Shown in pieces: positions 1 to 9,590 of a stretch of 64,000 nucleotides of DNA; the stretch's first letter is position 1, and the number at the start of each line of letters is the position of its first letter. The stretch comes from an uncultured delta proteobacterium. GTDB lineage: Bacteria > Myxococcota_A > Polyangia > Palsa-1104. A program made the position numbers and the translations under genes. The stretch spans positions 32,001-96,000 of the forward strand of contig CAWAWS010000027.1 in assembly GCA_963785725.1 (NCBI GenBank), written 5' to 3'. The notes beneath the pieces were generated by a model. The model saw only the letters and a list, made by a program, of their open reading frames with translations. It did not search any database and was not told where the DNA came from.

Positions 1-695
1 TCGCGATTGTGCGCCGCGCGCGCCTGCAGCATCTCGCGCAAGACGCGGAAGAACGGGGCCAGCCGCTGCACGTTGCCGGCGCGAAACAGCTCCGGCAGCG
101 CGCTCGACACGACGATGCGATTCTCGAGCGCGTAGCCGGCGCCCGTCGGGGCTTGCACGCGATCTTCGACGACGTGGAAGCTGCCGTCGAGCGTCCGCAC
201 CAGATCGGCGCCGAAGATGGGCAGCCAATCGTCCTGCGGCACCGCCATGCCGTGCAGCGGACGCAAAAAGCGCGGGTTGGCGAACACGAGCTCGGGCGGC
301 AGCCAGCGTTCGACGAGCGATCGCTGCGGCCCGTAGAGGTCGGCCAAGAGCGCAGCCAAGAGGCGGCCGCGCTGCTCGAGCGCGTGCTCCAGCTTCGACC
401 AATCCTCGGGCGGGATGACGACCGGCAGCGGCGACAGGCTCCACGGCCGCTCCATGCCTTGCGCGTCGTCGTAAACGTTGTAGCTGACGCCGTTCTCGTG
501 GATGAGCTGGCGCGCCTTGTCCCAGCGACGGGCGAGCTCGGCCTCTCCGAGCGCGTCGAGCTGCTCGATGAGCGGACGCCAAGCCGGCCGCAGCTGACCG
601 AGCGCGTCGACCATCTCGTCGAAGCCGCCGGCGGGCGCCGTGTAGCCGCGCGCCAATCCCGTCGTCGCGGCGGCTGCGTGCAGTGCGTCGATCAT
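1..695 (-). CDS. Circularly permuted type 2 ATP-grasp protein (3' end truncated by window edge)
   Basis: Not in the ORF track. Manual translation from ATG at 695 gives MIDALHAA...GFDEMVDALGQLRPAW...ENGVSYNVY...VVEDRVQAPTGAGYALENR, which are CP_ATPgrasp_2 motifs. It lies downstream of and co-oriented with the transglutaminase gene. Confidence 0.85.
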   Translation of the reverse strand, partial: MIDALHAAAATTGLARGYTAPAGGFDEMVDALGQLRPAWRPLIEQLDALGEAELARRWDKARQLIHENGVSYNVYDDAQGMERPWSLSPLPVVIPPEDWSKLEHALEQRGRLLAALLADLYGPQRSLVERWLPPELVFANPRFLRPLHGMAVPQDDWLPIFGADLVRTLDGSFHVVEDRVQAPTGAGYALENRIVVSSALPELFRAGNVQRLAPFFRVLREMLQARAAHNR

Positions 696-836
696 ACGAA
701 CGACATCATACAGAACGGGGCGGTCGCCGTCGCTGCCCGAGTGCGTTCCGACACGGCGATTTGGGCGAGCGCACGGACGTTCGTCGCCGCGCCCGAGCGG
801 TCATGGTCGATGTTGCGCCGGTGGACAGGGTTGCGT

Positions 837-3800
837 TCAGCCGGGCCGGCGCAGATCGAGCGTGAACGGCAGCTCGAGGCTGCGCGACTCCGGCGGCGGC
901 GTCATCTTGCCCGGCGTGTGACCGAACGGCGCGAAGCGCGTCGCCCGGCGCGCCTCGGCTTCGAGCCCGTTGCGCGGATAGGTGTCGTAGTGACGACCGG
1001 CCGGATGCGACACGTAATACGTGCAGCCACCGACGGCACGACCGGACCAGGTGTCGACGAGATCGAAGGTCAGCGGCGCATCCACGTTCAGCGTCGGATG
1101 CAGCGACGACGGCGGCTTCCACGCTTTGTAGCGCACGCCGGCCACACCTTCGCCGGCGCGACCGGTCGGATGCAGCGGCACGCGCCGGCCGTTGCAGGCG
1201 ACGACGTGACGGCCGGGAACGAGCCCGCGCGCCAACACCTGCACGCGCTCGACGGACGAGTCGACGTAACGCACGGTGCCGCCGCCGCCCGGCTCCTCGC
1301 CGAGCACGTGCCAAGGCTCGATCGCCTGTCGAATCTCGAGGTCGACGCCTTCGATGGCGACGGCGCCGTGGCGCGGAAAGCGGAACTCCCAGTGCGGGCG
1401 GAACCACTCGGCGTCGACGGCGAGGTCGCGGCGGCCGAGCTCGGCGGTGACGTCGGCCAAGTCCTGCCAGACGAAGTGCGGCAGCATGAACCGATCGTGC
1501 AGCGACGTCCCCCAGCGCACGAGCGGCTGCTCGTATGGCGTCTTCCAGAAGCTCGCCACCAACGCGCGCACGAGCAACTGCTGCGCGCAGCTCATCCGCG
1601 CATCGGGCGGCATCTCGAAGCCGCGCATTTCCAACAGGCCGAGCCGTCCCGTCGCCGAATCGGGGCTGAACAGCTTGTCGAGGCAGAGCTCGGTGCGATG
1701 GCCGTTGCCGGTGACGTCGACGAGCAGGTGGCGGAACAGCCGATCGACGAGCCACGGCGGCGCCGGATTGTGGCTCGCGGTGAGCGCGGCGAAGGCGGCT
1801 TCCAGCTCGTACAGACTGTCCTGGCGCGCTTCGTCGAGCCGCGGCGCCTGGCTCGTGGGACCGACGAACTGCCCCGAAAACAGATAGGACAGCGACGGGT
1901 GATTGATGAAGTACGCGATGAGGCTGCGCAAGAGCTCGGGCTTGCGCAAGAGCGGGCTGTCGGCCGCGCGATCGCCGCCGATGACGACGTGGTTGCCGCC
2001 GCCGGTGCCGGTGTGGCGGCCGTCGATCATGAACTTGTCGGTGCCGAGCCGAACTTGGCGCGCCTCGTCGTACAGCGCGGTCGTGTTGTCGACGAGCTGC
2101 CGCCACGACGACGCCGGCTGCACATTGACCTCGATGACGCCGGGATCGGGCGTGACCGACAGCTTGTGCAGCCGCGGATCGCCGGGCGGCGCATAGCCTT
2201 CGAGCCGCACCGGCAGGCGCAGCTCGGCCGCGCACGCTTCCACTTTGGCGATGAGATCGAGGTAATGCTCGAGATGACCGACCGGCGGCAGGAACACGTG
2301 CAGCCGACCGTTGCGCGGCTCGACGCACAAGGCGGTGCGCACGATCGGCCGCGCCGCGACGCCGCGCTGCATCGGCACGCCGCGACGGATCGTGCCCGGT
2401 CGCGACTGCTCGAGCGCGCGCCGCGGCGGCAAGGGCGGCCGCTGCGCGAACGGATCGCGCTCGGCGTCGGCCAACAGCTCCTCGGGCGTCGTCCACGGCA
2501 GCGTATCGAGCGGCAGACGCAGGCCCATCGGCGAATCGCCGGGGAAAAGATAGAGCCGCTCGTCGCGCAAGAGCCAGGCGCCGCTCTGCCATTGCGTGCC
2601 CGCGGGCGCCTCCTCGGCGCGCAGCGGCAGCGTCCAGCCGACCACCTTGCCCAGCCCTTGGCCGAAGATGCGCCGCAGCCGCGCGCGCTCCTCCTCGTCG
2701 TCGAGGTTGGACTCGAGCGGATCGACGTTCACCGGCAGGCGGCGCTCTTTCCACAGCCAATACCAGACGTCTTCGTAGGCCGGCATCACGTAGCCGTCTT
2801 CGATGCCCAGCTTGGCGACGAGCGCGCGCACGAACGCTCGCGCCTGCTCGCTGCCGTCGTTGCGCGGCTGGCTGCCGGCGATGAGCGTCGGATCGCGCCA
2901 CACCGGCTCGCCGTCCTTGCGCCAATAGATCGAGTAGGCCCAGCGCGGCAAAGACTCGCCCGGGTACCACTTGCCGAGGCCGTGATGCAAGAAGCCGCCC
3001 GCGGCGAAGCGCGCCCACAGACGGCGGGCGAGCGCGTCGGCGCGCGCCTCTTTGTCGGGCCCGGTGGCGGCCGTCGACCACTCCGGGCTCTCCATGTCGT
3101 CGACGGAGACGAAGGTCGGCTCGCCACCCATCGTCAAGCGCACGTCGCCGGCCACGAGCGCGCGCTCGACGGCGTCGCCGGCGGCCAAGATCGCCTGCCA
3201 CTGCTCGTCGGTGTACGAGCGCGTCGGCCGCGGCCGATCTTCGACGCGCGTCACCTGCATCACGACGTCGAATTCGCAGCCGAGCTCGTCGCCCTCTTCG
3301 CGCTTGTCCCACGAGAAGCTGCCGGTGATGGGCGCGGCGGCCGACGGATCGGCGGTGCAGGCCAGCGGAATGTGCCCTTCGGACGCGAACAGGCCGCTCG
3401 TCGCGTCGAGGCCGACCCAGCCGGCGCCGGGCAGATATGTCTCGGCCCAGGCGTGCAAGTCGCAGCAGTCCTCGCTGACGCCCGCCGGACCGTCGAGCGG
3501 CTTTTGATCGGGCGTCAGCTGGATCGAGTAGCCGCTGACGAAGCGCGCGGCCAAGCCGATGCTGCGCAGGAGATTGACGAGCAGCCAGGCGAAGTCGCGG
3601 CACGAGCCGTGCCCGCGCTCGAGCGTCTCTTCGGGCGTGAAGACGCCCGGCTCCATGCGAATTTCGTAGCGCAACGCGCGGTGCACGAGCCGATTGATGT
3701 CGACGAGCACGTCGACCATGCGCCGGCCGGGACGCGCGATGTCGTCGCGCACGCGGCCGACGAGCTGCGCAAAGCCGGGCCCCGCGTCGACGACTTCGAG

Positions 3801-4151
3801 ATAGGTCGTGAGGTCGTGCAGCACCGTCGCGTCGTAAGCGAACGGAAAATGCTCGACCGACTCCTCGAGGAAAAAGTCGAAGGGATTGATGGTCGTCAGC
3901 TCGGCGATCAAGTCGACGGCGACGGTAAACTCCTTCGACTTCTGCGGGAACACGAGGCGCGCCACGTGATTGCCGAAGGGATCCTGCTGCCAGCCGACGA
4001 ACTGCTCGGACGGCGTCACCTTCAGCGAATAGGCGAGAATCGGCGTTCGACAATGCGGCGCCGGCCGCAAGCGCACGAGCTGCGGCGACAGCTGAATCTC
4101 GCGATCGTAGACGTAACGGGTGACGTGATGGAGCGCGACGCGGGTCGCCAT
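837..4151 (-). CDS. Transglutaminase-like protein with C-terminal DUF2126 (putative amidoligase) domain
   Basis: N-terminal HHVTRYVYD...LRPAPH (Bact_transglu_N); catalytic GSCRD, DLHAW and LDAT motifs; LTMGGEPTFVS, VTPDPGVIEVN and TGTGGGNH typical of DUF2126. Confidence 0.9.
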   Translation of the reverse strand: MATRVALHHVTRYVYDREIQLSPQLVRLRPAPHCRTPILAYSLKVTPSEQFVGWQQDPFGNHVARLVFPQKSKEFTVAVDLIAELTTINPFDFFLEESVEHFPFAYDATVLHDLTTYLEVVDAGPGFAQLVGRVRDDIARPGRRMVDVLVDINRLVHRALRYEIRMEPGVFTPEETLERGHGSCRDFAWLLVNLLRSIGLAARFVSGYSIQLTPDQKPLDGPAGVSEDCCDLHAWAETYLPGAGWVGLDATSGLFASEGHIPLACTADPSAAAPITGSFSWDKREEGDELGCEFDVVMQVTRVEDRPRPTRSYTDEQWQAILAAGDAVERALVAGDVRLTMGGEPTFVSVDDMESPEWSTAATGPDKEARADALARRLWARFAAGGFLHHGLGKWYPGESLPRWAYSIYWRKDGEPVWRDPTLIAGSQPRNDGSEQARAFVRALVAKLGIEDGYVMPAYEDVWYWLWKERRLPVNVDPLESNLDDEEERARLRRIFGQGLGKVVGWTLPLRAEEAPAGTQWQSGAWLLRDERLYLFPGDSPMGLRLPLDTLPWTTPEELLADAERDPFAQRPPLPPRRALEQSRPGTIRRGVPMQRGVAARPIVRTALCVEPRNGRLHVFLPPVGHLEHYLDLIAKVEACAAELRLPVRLEGYAPPGDPRLHKLSVTPDPGVIEVNVQPASSWRQLVDNTTALYDEARQVRLGTDKFMIDGRHTGTGGGNHVVIGGDRAADSPLLRKPELLRSLIAYFINHPSLSYLFSGQFVGPTSQAPRLDEARQDSLYELEAAFAALTASHNPAPPWLVDRLFRHLLVDVTGNGHRTELCLDKLFSPDSATGRLGLLEMRGFEMPPDARMSCAQQLLVRALVASFWKTPYEQPLVRWGTSLHDRFMLPHFVWQDLADVTAELGRRDLAVDAEWFRPHWEFRFPRHGAVAIEGVDLEIRQAIEPWHVLGEEPGGGGTVRYVDSSVERVQVLARGLVPGRHVVACNGRRVPLHPTGRAGEGVAGVRYKAWKPPSSLHPTLNVDAPLTFDLVDTWSGRAVGGCTYYVSHPAGRHYDTYPRNGLEAEARRATRFAPFGHTPGKMTPPPESRSLELPFTLDLRRPG

Positions 4152-4198
4152 AGTCGTTCATCCATATCACCGACTGCGGGTCGAGTCCGGTAAACGTT

Positions 4199-5809
4199 AT
4201 GTTTCCATTGCGTACAAACGACGTAACTGGAGGGAATCGCCCTATCGCGAAGCCCGCGAACGCGCTTAAATCTTCATTCGTGCCTGTCGCGCGACCTTCG
4301 CAGAGTCAGTCGCAGTCGTCGGCTAATCCCGGCCCGTCGTCGCTGCTGTCGGCCTATCGCCCACTGTCGAGCAGCTGGGACGAGCTGGTCGCGCCCGACG
4401 GCCGACCGCGCTCGCACGCCCAGCAGACCTTCGACATGCTGGGCGCGCTCGGCGCCGCCGATTTCGCACGCTATCAATCGCTGGCCGAGCTCTCGTTATA
4501 TAACCAGGGCATTACATTCTCGGTCTATTCCGACCAGCGCGGCACCGAGAAGATATTTCCCATTTGCCTCGTTCCGCGCGTCATCGACGCCGTCGAATGG
4601 GCCGCCGTCGAAAAAGGGTTGGTGCAGCGGGTTCAGGCGCTGAACCTCTTTCTCGACGATCTGTACGGCGAGCAGCGCATCCTCAAGGACGGCTGCGTGC
4701 CCGCCGATTTGGTGCTGGGCGCGAAGTTCTACTTGCCGCAGCTGCACGGCATGAAGCCACCGGGCGGCGTGCGCATTCCCATCGCCGGCATCGACCTCAT
4801 CCGCGGCCCCGACGGCATCTTGCGCGTGCTCGAGGACAACGTGCGCACGCCGTCGGGTGTGTCGTATGTCGTCGAGAATCGGCTGGTGACGAAGCGAATC
4901 TTCCAGCACTCGACGGAGATCTCGGGCGAGATGTCGAGCATCCGGCCGGTCGAGCAATATCCGATCGAGCTCGCGCGCACGCTGCGTTCGATCGCGCCGA
5001 CCGAGAGCGACGACATTCGCGCGGTCGTGCTGACGCCGGGATCGTTCAACTCGGCCTACTTCGAGCACACGTTCTTGGCGCGCCACATGGGCATCGAGCT
5101 GGTCGAGGCGAGCGACCTGTTCGTCGAGAAAGACGCGGTGTTCGTGCGCACGACGCAAGGGCCGAAGCGCGTCGACGTCATCTATCGCCGCATCGACGAC
5201 GCTTACCTCGACCCCGAGTTCTTCCGGCCCGACAGCATGCTGGGCGTGCCCGGCCTCATGCGCGCCTACGCCGCCGGCAACGTCGCGCTCGCCAACGCGC
5301 CCGGCAACGGCTGCGCCGACGACAAGGCCGTGTATGCGTTCGTGCCCGATATGATTCGCTATTACCTCGGCGAAGAGGCGCTGCTGGCACAAGTCGACAC
5401 CTACGCCTGTGCGCGTCCCGACGATCTGGCGTATGTCGTCGATCATCTGTCGCGGCTCGTGGTCAAGTCGGTCGACGAAGCGGGCGGCTACGGCATGCTC
5501 ATGGGCCCGCAAGCGAGCGCCGACGAGATCGCGACCTTCCGCAAGCGCATCATCGCCGAGCCGCGCAAATACATCGCGCAGGAGCGCATCGAGCTGTCGA
5601 CGTGTCCGACGTGGGATCCGGCGCGGCAGGCGTTGGCGCCGCGGCGCGTGGATTTGCGGCCGTTCGTGCTCACGCGTCCCGACGGCGCGTGGGTCTTGCC
5701 CGGCGGCTTGACGCGCGTCGCGCTCGTCGAAGGCTCGTACGTCGTCAACTCGAGCCAAGGCGGCGGCAGCAAAGACACGTGGGTCCAGCGCGCCGACGGT
5801 GGCGCATGA
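4199..5809 (+). CDS. Circularly permuted type 2 ATP-grasp protein (DUF404-type); true start may be downstream
   Basis: QGITFSVY, VLEDNVRTPSGVSY, LTPGSFNSAYFEH, VDVIYRRIDD and VVNSSQGGGSKDTWV motifs. Confidence 0.92.
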   Translation: MFPLRTNDVTGGNRPIAKPANALKSSFVPVARPSQSQSQSSANPGPSSLLSAYRPLSSSWDELVAPDGRPRSHAQQTFDMLGALGAADFARYQSLAELSLYNQGITFSVYSDQRGTEKIFPICLVPRVIDAVEWAAVEKGLVQRVQALNLFLDDLYGEQRILKDGCVPADLVLGAKFYLPQLHGMKPPGGVRIPIAGIDLIRGPDGILRVLEDNVRTPSGVSYVVENRLVTKRIFQHSTEISGEMSSIRPVEQYPIELARTLRSIAPTESDDIRAVVLTPGSFNSAYFEHTFLARHMGIELVEASDLFVEKDAVFVRTTQGPKRVDVIYRRIDDAYLDPEFFRPDSMLGVPGLMRAYAAGNVALANAPGNGCADDKAVYAFVPDMIRYYLGEEALLAQVDTYACARPDDLAYVVDHLSRLVVKSVDEAGGYGMLMGPQASADEIATFRKRIIAEPRKYIAQERIELSTCPTWDPARQALAPRRVDLRPFVLTRPDGAWVLPGGLTRVALVEGSYVVNSSQGGGSKDTWVQRADGGA

Positions 5810-6786
5810 TCTCGCGGGTCGCCGATCACTGCTTCTGGTTCGGCCGTTACGTCGAGCGCGCCGAGTCGAGCGCGCGGCTTTTGCAGGCAACGCGCGCGCT
5901 CGTGTTCGACACCGAGCTGCCGGTGACGCAATGCTGGACGCCGCTCGTCATCGTCTCCGGTGAGTACGACCACTTCTGCGAGCGCTATGACGCCGAGGCC
6001 GCCGGCGACGGCGAGCGCGTCCAGGAGCACCTGACCTGGAGCGACTCGGGCGTGAGCCTCTTGACGTCGGTGCGGGCGGCGCGTGAGAGCGCGCGCGTCA
6101 TCCGCGACGTGCTGTCACTCGAGACGTGGGAAGCGATCAACGAGCTGTACCTGTTTCTCGGCCGCGACTCGACGGAGCAGCTCTATCGCGAGCATCGCGA
6201 GGAGCTCTATCGCACGGTGCGGCGCTCGACGCAGCTGGTGCTCGGCCTCGTGCGCTCGACGATGCTGCACGACGAGCCGATGAGCTTTCTGTGGCTGGGC
6301 GCGATGATCGAGCGCGCCGGACAAGTGGCGCGCATGCTCGACATGCATCACCACACGATGGCGCGCGAGCATGCGCATTACATCGTGCAAGTGGCCCTCT
6401 GGCTTTCACTCTTGCGCGCGTCGTCGGGCTACGAAGCGTACATGAAGAAGCACCAAGGGCGCGTCACGGTGCAGTCGCTGGCGTCGTTCCTGCTGTTCGA
6501 GCCGAGCTTTCCGCGTTCGCTCGGCTACTGCTTGAAGTCGTCGCGCTCGCTGCTCGGCAACATCTGGCCCGACGCGCCCGCCGACGGCCAGCCGCGCGAG
6601 TCGTTGGCGCGGCTCGACGCGCTGCTCAACTGGCTCGACGAGCAGAAGACGCGCGGCATCGAAGGCACCGACTTCCACGAGCTGCTCACGCGCGTCGTCG
6701 ACGAAACCGCGGAGATCTGCGGCCAAGTCTCGACCGAGATCCAAGGCCCGGTGCATCCCAAGCCCGCCGCCGCCGCTACCGGCTGA
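5806..6786 (+). CDS. Alpha-E domain protein (DUF403)
   Basis: Begins MISRVADHCFWFGRYVERAESSARLL; ATGA overlap with the ATP-grasp stop; second ER repeat LGAMIERA; FPRSL motif. It is the C-terminal part of track ORF 4564..6786. Confidence 0.92.
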   Translation: MISRVADHCFWFGRYVERAESSARLLQATRALVFDTELPVTQCWTPLVIVSGEYDHFCERYDAEAAGDGERVQEHLTWSDSGVSLLTSVRAARESARVIRDVLSLETWEAINELYLFLGRDSTEQLYREHREELYRTVRRSTQLVLGLVRSTMLHDEPMSFLWLGAMIERAGQVARMLDMHHHTMAREHAHYIVQVALWLSLLRASSGYEAYMKKHQGRVTVQSLASFLLFEPSFPRSLGYCLKSSRSLLGNIWPDAPADGQPRESLARLDALLNWLDEQKTRGIEGTDFHELLTRVVDETAEICGQVSTEIQGPVHPKPAAAATG

Positions 6787-6840
6787 CGTTCGTCCGCGCT
6801 CTCTCGGCCGCGTCGTGCAGCGCGCCATCGTTCTACTTCA

Positions 6841-6961
6841 AGCCCAAGCGGAGACATGCTGGGCGCCGGCGAGTTGTCTCCCGCAGGCTGTAAGCCGAGG
6901 ACTGTCTGAGCCGGCGCCCAGCATGTCGGAGCGCCGCCGGCGCCCAGCATGTCGGAGCGCC
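6841..6961. repeat. Structured intergenic element family 1, copy A (95 nt), plus a 26-nt tandem duplication of its end
   Basis: Perfect 18-bp inverted repeat 6853-6870 / 6910-6927. 6910-6935 is repeated at 6936-6961. 6841-6935 aligns without gaps to the reverse complement of 8952-9046 (75/95 identical). Confidence 0.9.
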
Positions 6962-6970
6962 GCCGGAGCG

Positions 6971-8182
6971 TCAGTTATTGACGCCGGCGAAGATGTTGGC
7001 GAACTGGAACGTGCTCGTGTCGACGTTGGAGCAAGCGTCGCCGTCGGCGTAACCGCCCGCGCCGCACTTTTCGTCGCGCTGGATGGCCCAGAACGAGACG
7101 AGGCCGAGCTTGACGTCCTTGGCGTGCGCGATGAACGTCTGGGCGTTGGCGAGCGAGAAGACCGAGCTGTCGTCGTTCTTGCCGATCATGGCCGTGCCGC
7201 CGACCATGCGATAGGCGTCGGCGAGCGACAAGCCGGAGATGGCCGACGTCAGCTGCTTCGCGGTCGAGTCCACCGAGTCGACGGGCGTCTTGCCGAGGTC
7301 GGTGCCGTCGCCGTAGTCCATCGTCATGACGTTGACGTACTGAATCGTGACGCCGGCCTTGAGCGCGGAGGTGACGACGGCCAAGCCCAAGTCGTCGAGC
7401 CCGTCGTCATTGACCGGCAGCGTGAACGCGACCTTGATGCCCTTGGACGTCTGCACCGACTTCAACGCGGTGGCGCGCATGGCGTTGATGGTGGCGTTGC
7501 TCGTCGACGAGCCCTGCTCGATGTCGAAGTCGAGGTCGGTGATGCCGGTGGCGTCGACGAAGTCGCTGATGGCCGACGCCAGCGCCGTCGCGCTCGTGCA
7601 CGCGCTCTCCAAGTACGTGCCGTCGGCGCCGCCGAAGCTCGCTTTGACGTGGCCGCCGCCGGCGATGTAGGCCTTGACGTCGGCGAGGTTGTCTTGAATG
7701 TCCGTCGACGTCGTGCAGCCGCCGCCCGAGAGCACGAAGGCGATCGTCACTTCCTTCGGCCCCGACATCTGCTGCATCTGCACGAGCGAGTTGAACGAGT
7801 ACGCGTTGCCGCCCCAGCTCCACGTGTAGAAATAGGGGGCAAACTCGGTGACTTCGGGGTTCGCCGTCGTGCCGCCGCCGCCCGCGGTGCCACCGCCGCC
7901 GGCGCTGCCGCCGCCACCGCCGGCGCTGCCGCCGCCACCGGCCGTCTCGCCGCCGCCGCCGGCCGCGCCGATGCCGCCGCCGGCGCTGCCGCTACCGCCG
8001 GCGCTCGTGCTGCCGCCGGCGTTGCCGCTGCCGCCACCCGCGCTGCTGCCGCCACCGTTGCCCGACGGATCGCCGATGCCGGACGAACCGCCGCAACCGA
8101 CGAGCGCGAGGCAGAGCGCGAACGAAGAAGCCAGACCGACCGAGAGGCGCGTGGATGCGAACATAATGGCGCACATTCGCAA
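6971..8182 (-). CDS. GH18 chitinase-like lipoprotein with Gly-rich linker
   Basis: Lipobox LALVGC; about 70-aa Gly/Ser/Ala linker; FAPYF, SFGGA, catalytic DLDFDIE, VNVMTMDYG and SFWAIQRD motifs. Confidence 0.88.
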   Translation of the reverse strand: MRMCAIMFASTRLSVGLASSFALCLALVGCGGSSGIGDPSGNGGGSSAGGGSGNAGGSTSAGGSGSAGGGIGAAGGGGETAGGGGSAGGGGGSAGGGGTAGGGGTTANPEVTEFAPYFYTWSWGGNAYSFNSLVQMQQMSGPKEVTIAFVLSGGGCTTSTDIQDNLADVKAYIAGGGHVKASFGGADGTYLESACTSATALASAISDFVDATGITDLDFDIEQGSSTSNATINAMRATALKSVQTSKGIKVAFTLPVNDDGLDDLGLAVVTSALKAGVTIQYVNVMTMDYGDGTDLGKTPVDSVDSTAKQLTSAISGLSLADAYRMVGGTAMIGKNDDSSVFSLANAQTFIAHAKDVKLGLVSFWAIQRDEKCGAGGYADGDACSNVDTSTFQFANIFAGVNN

Positions 8183-8318
8183 GTGTCACGCCAAGGAGAC
8201 ACGCATGCATGTAGCTGATTTTACGACTGAACCGATAAGCGCTCGATGAGACTGCGGACCACGGATGTAAACTTCGAGGTGACGAGCATGCCGGCTGTGG
8301 AATGTTACAATTACACTG

Positions 8319-8948
8319 ATGGCTGTTCCACCGGCGCCGCAGCGGCACCCGTTCGCTCCTGGTAGGAGCCCGTTTCACGTCAAGGGCGTCGTTTATCGCA
8401 ACTTCGTCGAGTACATCGATGGCGCGGTCGACGGCGGGATTGCCCGGCTGGTGACGCTGCTCGACGAGCCGGAGCTGCAGACGTTCGCGCAGCAGCCCTT
8501 CTTGGCGAGCAGCTTCTACGACGCGCTGCCGACGGTGCCGCTGTGCGAGACGGCGGCCAAGGCGCTCAATCGTCCGTTCGGTCAGCTGGTGCGCGAGTTT
8601 TCGGCGTACGCGTCCGAGCGCGACACGAAGGGCATCTATCGGCTGCTCTTGAAGTTGGTGTCGCCCGAGATGGTCATGGAGCGGACGCCGGCGGCGGCGA
8701 AGCAGTATTTCGACTTCGTCGTGGTGACGGCAGAAAAAAGCGGGCCCAAGAGCTTTCGCACGATGGTGCGCGGGGTGCCGCGGTTCGTGGCGCCGTTCTA
8801 TATGACGGTGACCGAGGCGTTCTTGAGTCGGGCGTTGACGCTGGCGGGCGCGAAGGAGCCGCGGCACGCGTGGCAGGCGCCGCTGCCGGACGGCGAGCGC
8901 GACGGCGTGCCGCTGGTGCGGCTGCGGCGTGAGGTGAGCTGGCGATAG
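8319..8948 (+). CDS. Hypothetical protein resembling the myxobacterial DUF2378/TIGR02265 family
   Basis: Pattern FHVKG...FLASSFYD...GIYRLLLKLVSPE...QYFDF; normal codon bias. Confidence 0.55.
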   Translation: MAVPPAPQRHPFAPGRSPFHVKGVVYRNFVEYIDGAVDGGIARLVTLLDEPELQTFAQQPFLASSFYDALPTVPLCETAAKALNRPFGQLVREFSAYASERDTKGIYRLLLKLVSPEMVMERTPAAAKQYFDFVVVTAEKSGPKSFRTMVRGVPRFVAPFYMTVTEAFLSRALTLAGAKEPRHAWQAPLPDGERDGVPLVRLRREVSWR

Positions 8949-8951
8949 TCG

Positions 8952-9046
8952 GGCGCTCCGACAAAACGGGCGCGCGCTCGGACAGTGCTCGCCCTACGGG
9001 CTGCGCAAGACAACTCGCGCGCGCCCATTTTGTCTCCGCTCGGGCT
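8952..9046. repeat. Structured intergenic element family 1, copy B
   Basis: 17/18-bp inverted repeat 8960-8977 / 9017-9034; homologous to 6841-6935 in the opposite orientation. Confidence 0.9.
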
Positions 9047-9117
9047 GTGGAAGGCGGAGGCGGAAGCAGACGACGGCGTTCGGTTTGCGGCGCAGCCGTC
9101 GTTCGGCTGCGATTGAG

Positions 9118-9380
9118 GGCGGATGCGGAGGCGAGCCACGGCGGGATGGCGCGCGGCTTCGGCTGAAGGGGCGGATGCGGAGGCGAGGCGTGGCGTGCGT
9201 GCTGTCTGGTGCAACCGTCGGTCGGCTTCGGCTGCGGAGCTGGCGGCGGAAGCGAGCGACGGTGCCGCGCAGTCGCAGTGAGCGCGTGGTCGCGATCGGT
9301 CGTGATCGCGAGGCTGCAGCGCGTGGGCGGCGCGGCGGCGGTCGTAGCTGTGCGGTCGTAGCTGTGCGGTCGTAGCCGTG
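9118..9380. repeat. Strand-skewed low-complexity tract with short direct and tandem repeats
   Basis: GGCGGATGCGGAGGCGAG occurs at about 9118 and 9170; GGTCGTAGCTGTGC occurs about 3 times in tandem at about 9340-9380. Confidence 0.75.
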
Positions 9381-9429
9381 CTGTGGGTGGTCGCGGTGGA
9401 TTTCGGGGGCGGATGGGTTTGGGCGGGGT

Positions 9430-9559
9430 GGCGACGGCGCCCGGGCGCGCGGTGCGCGCGGGCGCTGTCGCTCCGTCGGAGTCGGCCATCGTGTAGTCAG
9501 GCACGCCGATCGATGGCTTATCGCGGGCGCACGCGCTCCGCACCCACGCGCGCCCCCAA
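9430..9559 (-). repeat. Dispersed intergenic element family 2, copy 1 (about 130 nt)
   Basis: The reverse complement matches 20351-20479 (4 mismatches in the first 77 nt, about 90% overall, one indel). Confidence 0.9.
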
Positions 9560-9590
9560 TGGCGGCAGCTCAGCGTGACTTCGCGGGCGG

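Noticed and set aside
9..4193. 1394-aa plus-strand ORF and 1154-aa ORF 706..4170
   Set aside because: Antisense and off-frame shadows of the transglutaminase and ATP-grasp genes; Arg/Ala-rich with no motifs, as expected at high GC.
7860..8060. GCCGCC-rich repeats in the GH18 gene
   Set aside because: They simply encode the Gly-rich lipoprotein linker.
6841..9046. Family-1 hairpins as integron attC sites or intrinsic terminators
   Set aside because: No RYYYAAC/GTTRRRY ends, copies are inverted rather than tandem, no integrase is present, and there is no U-tract.
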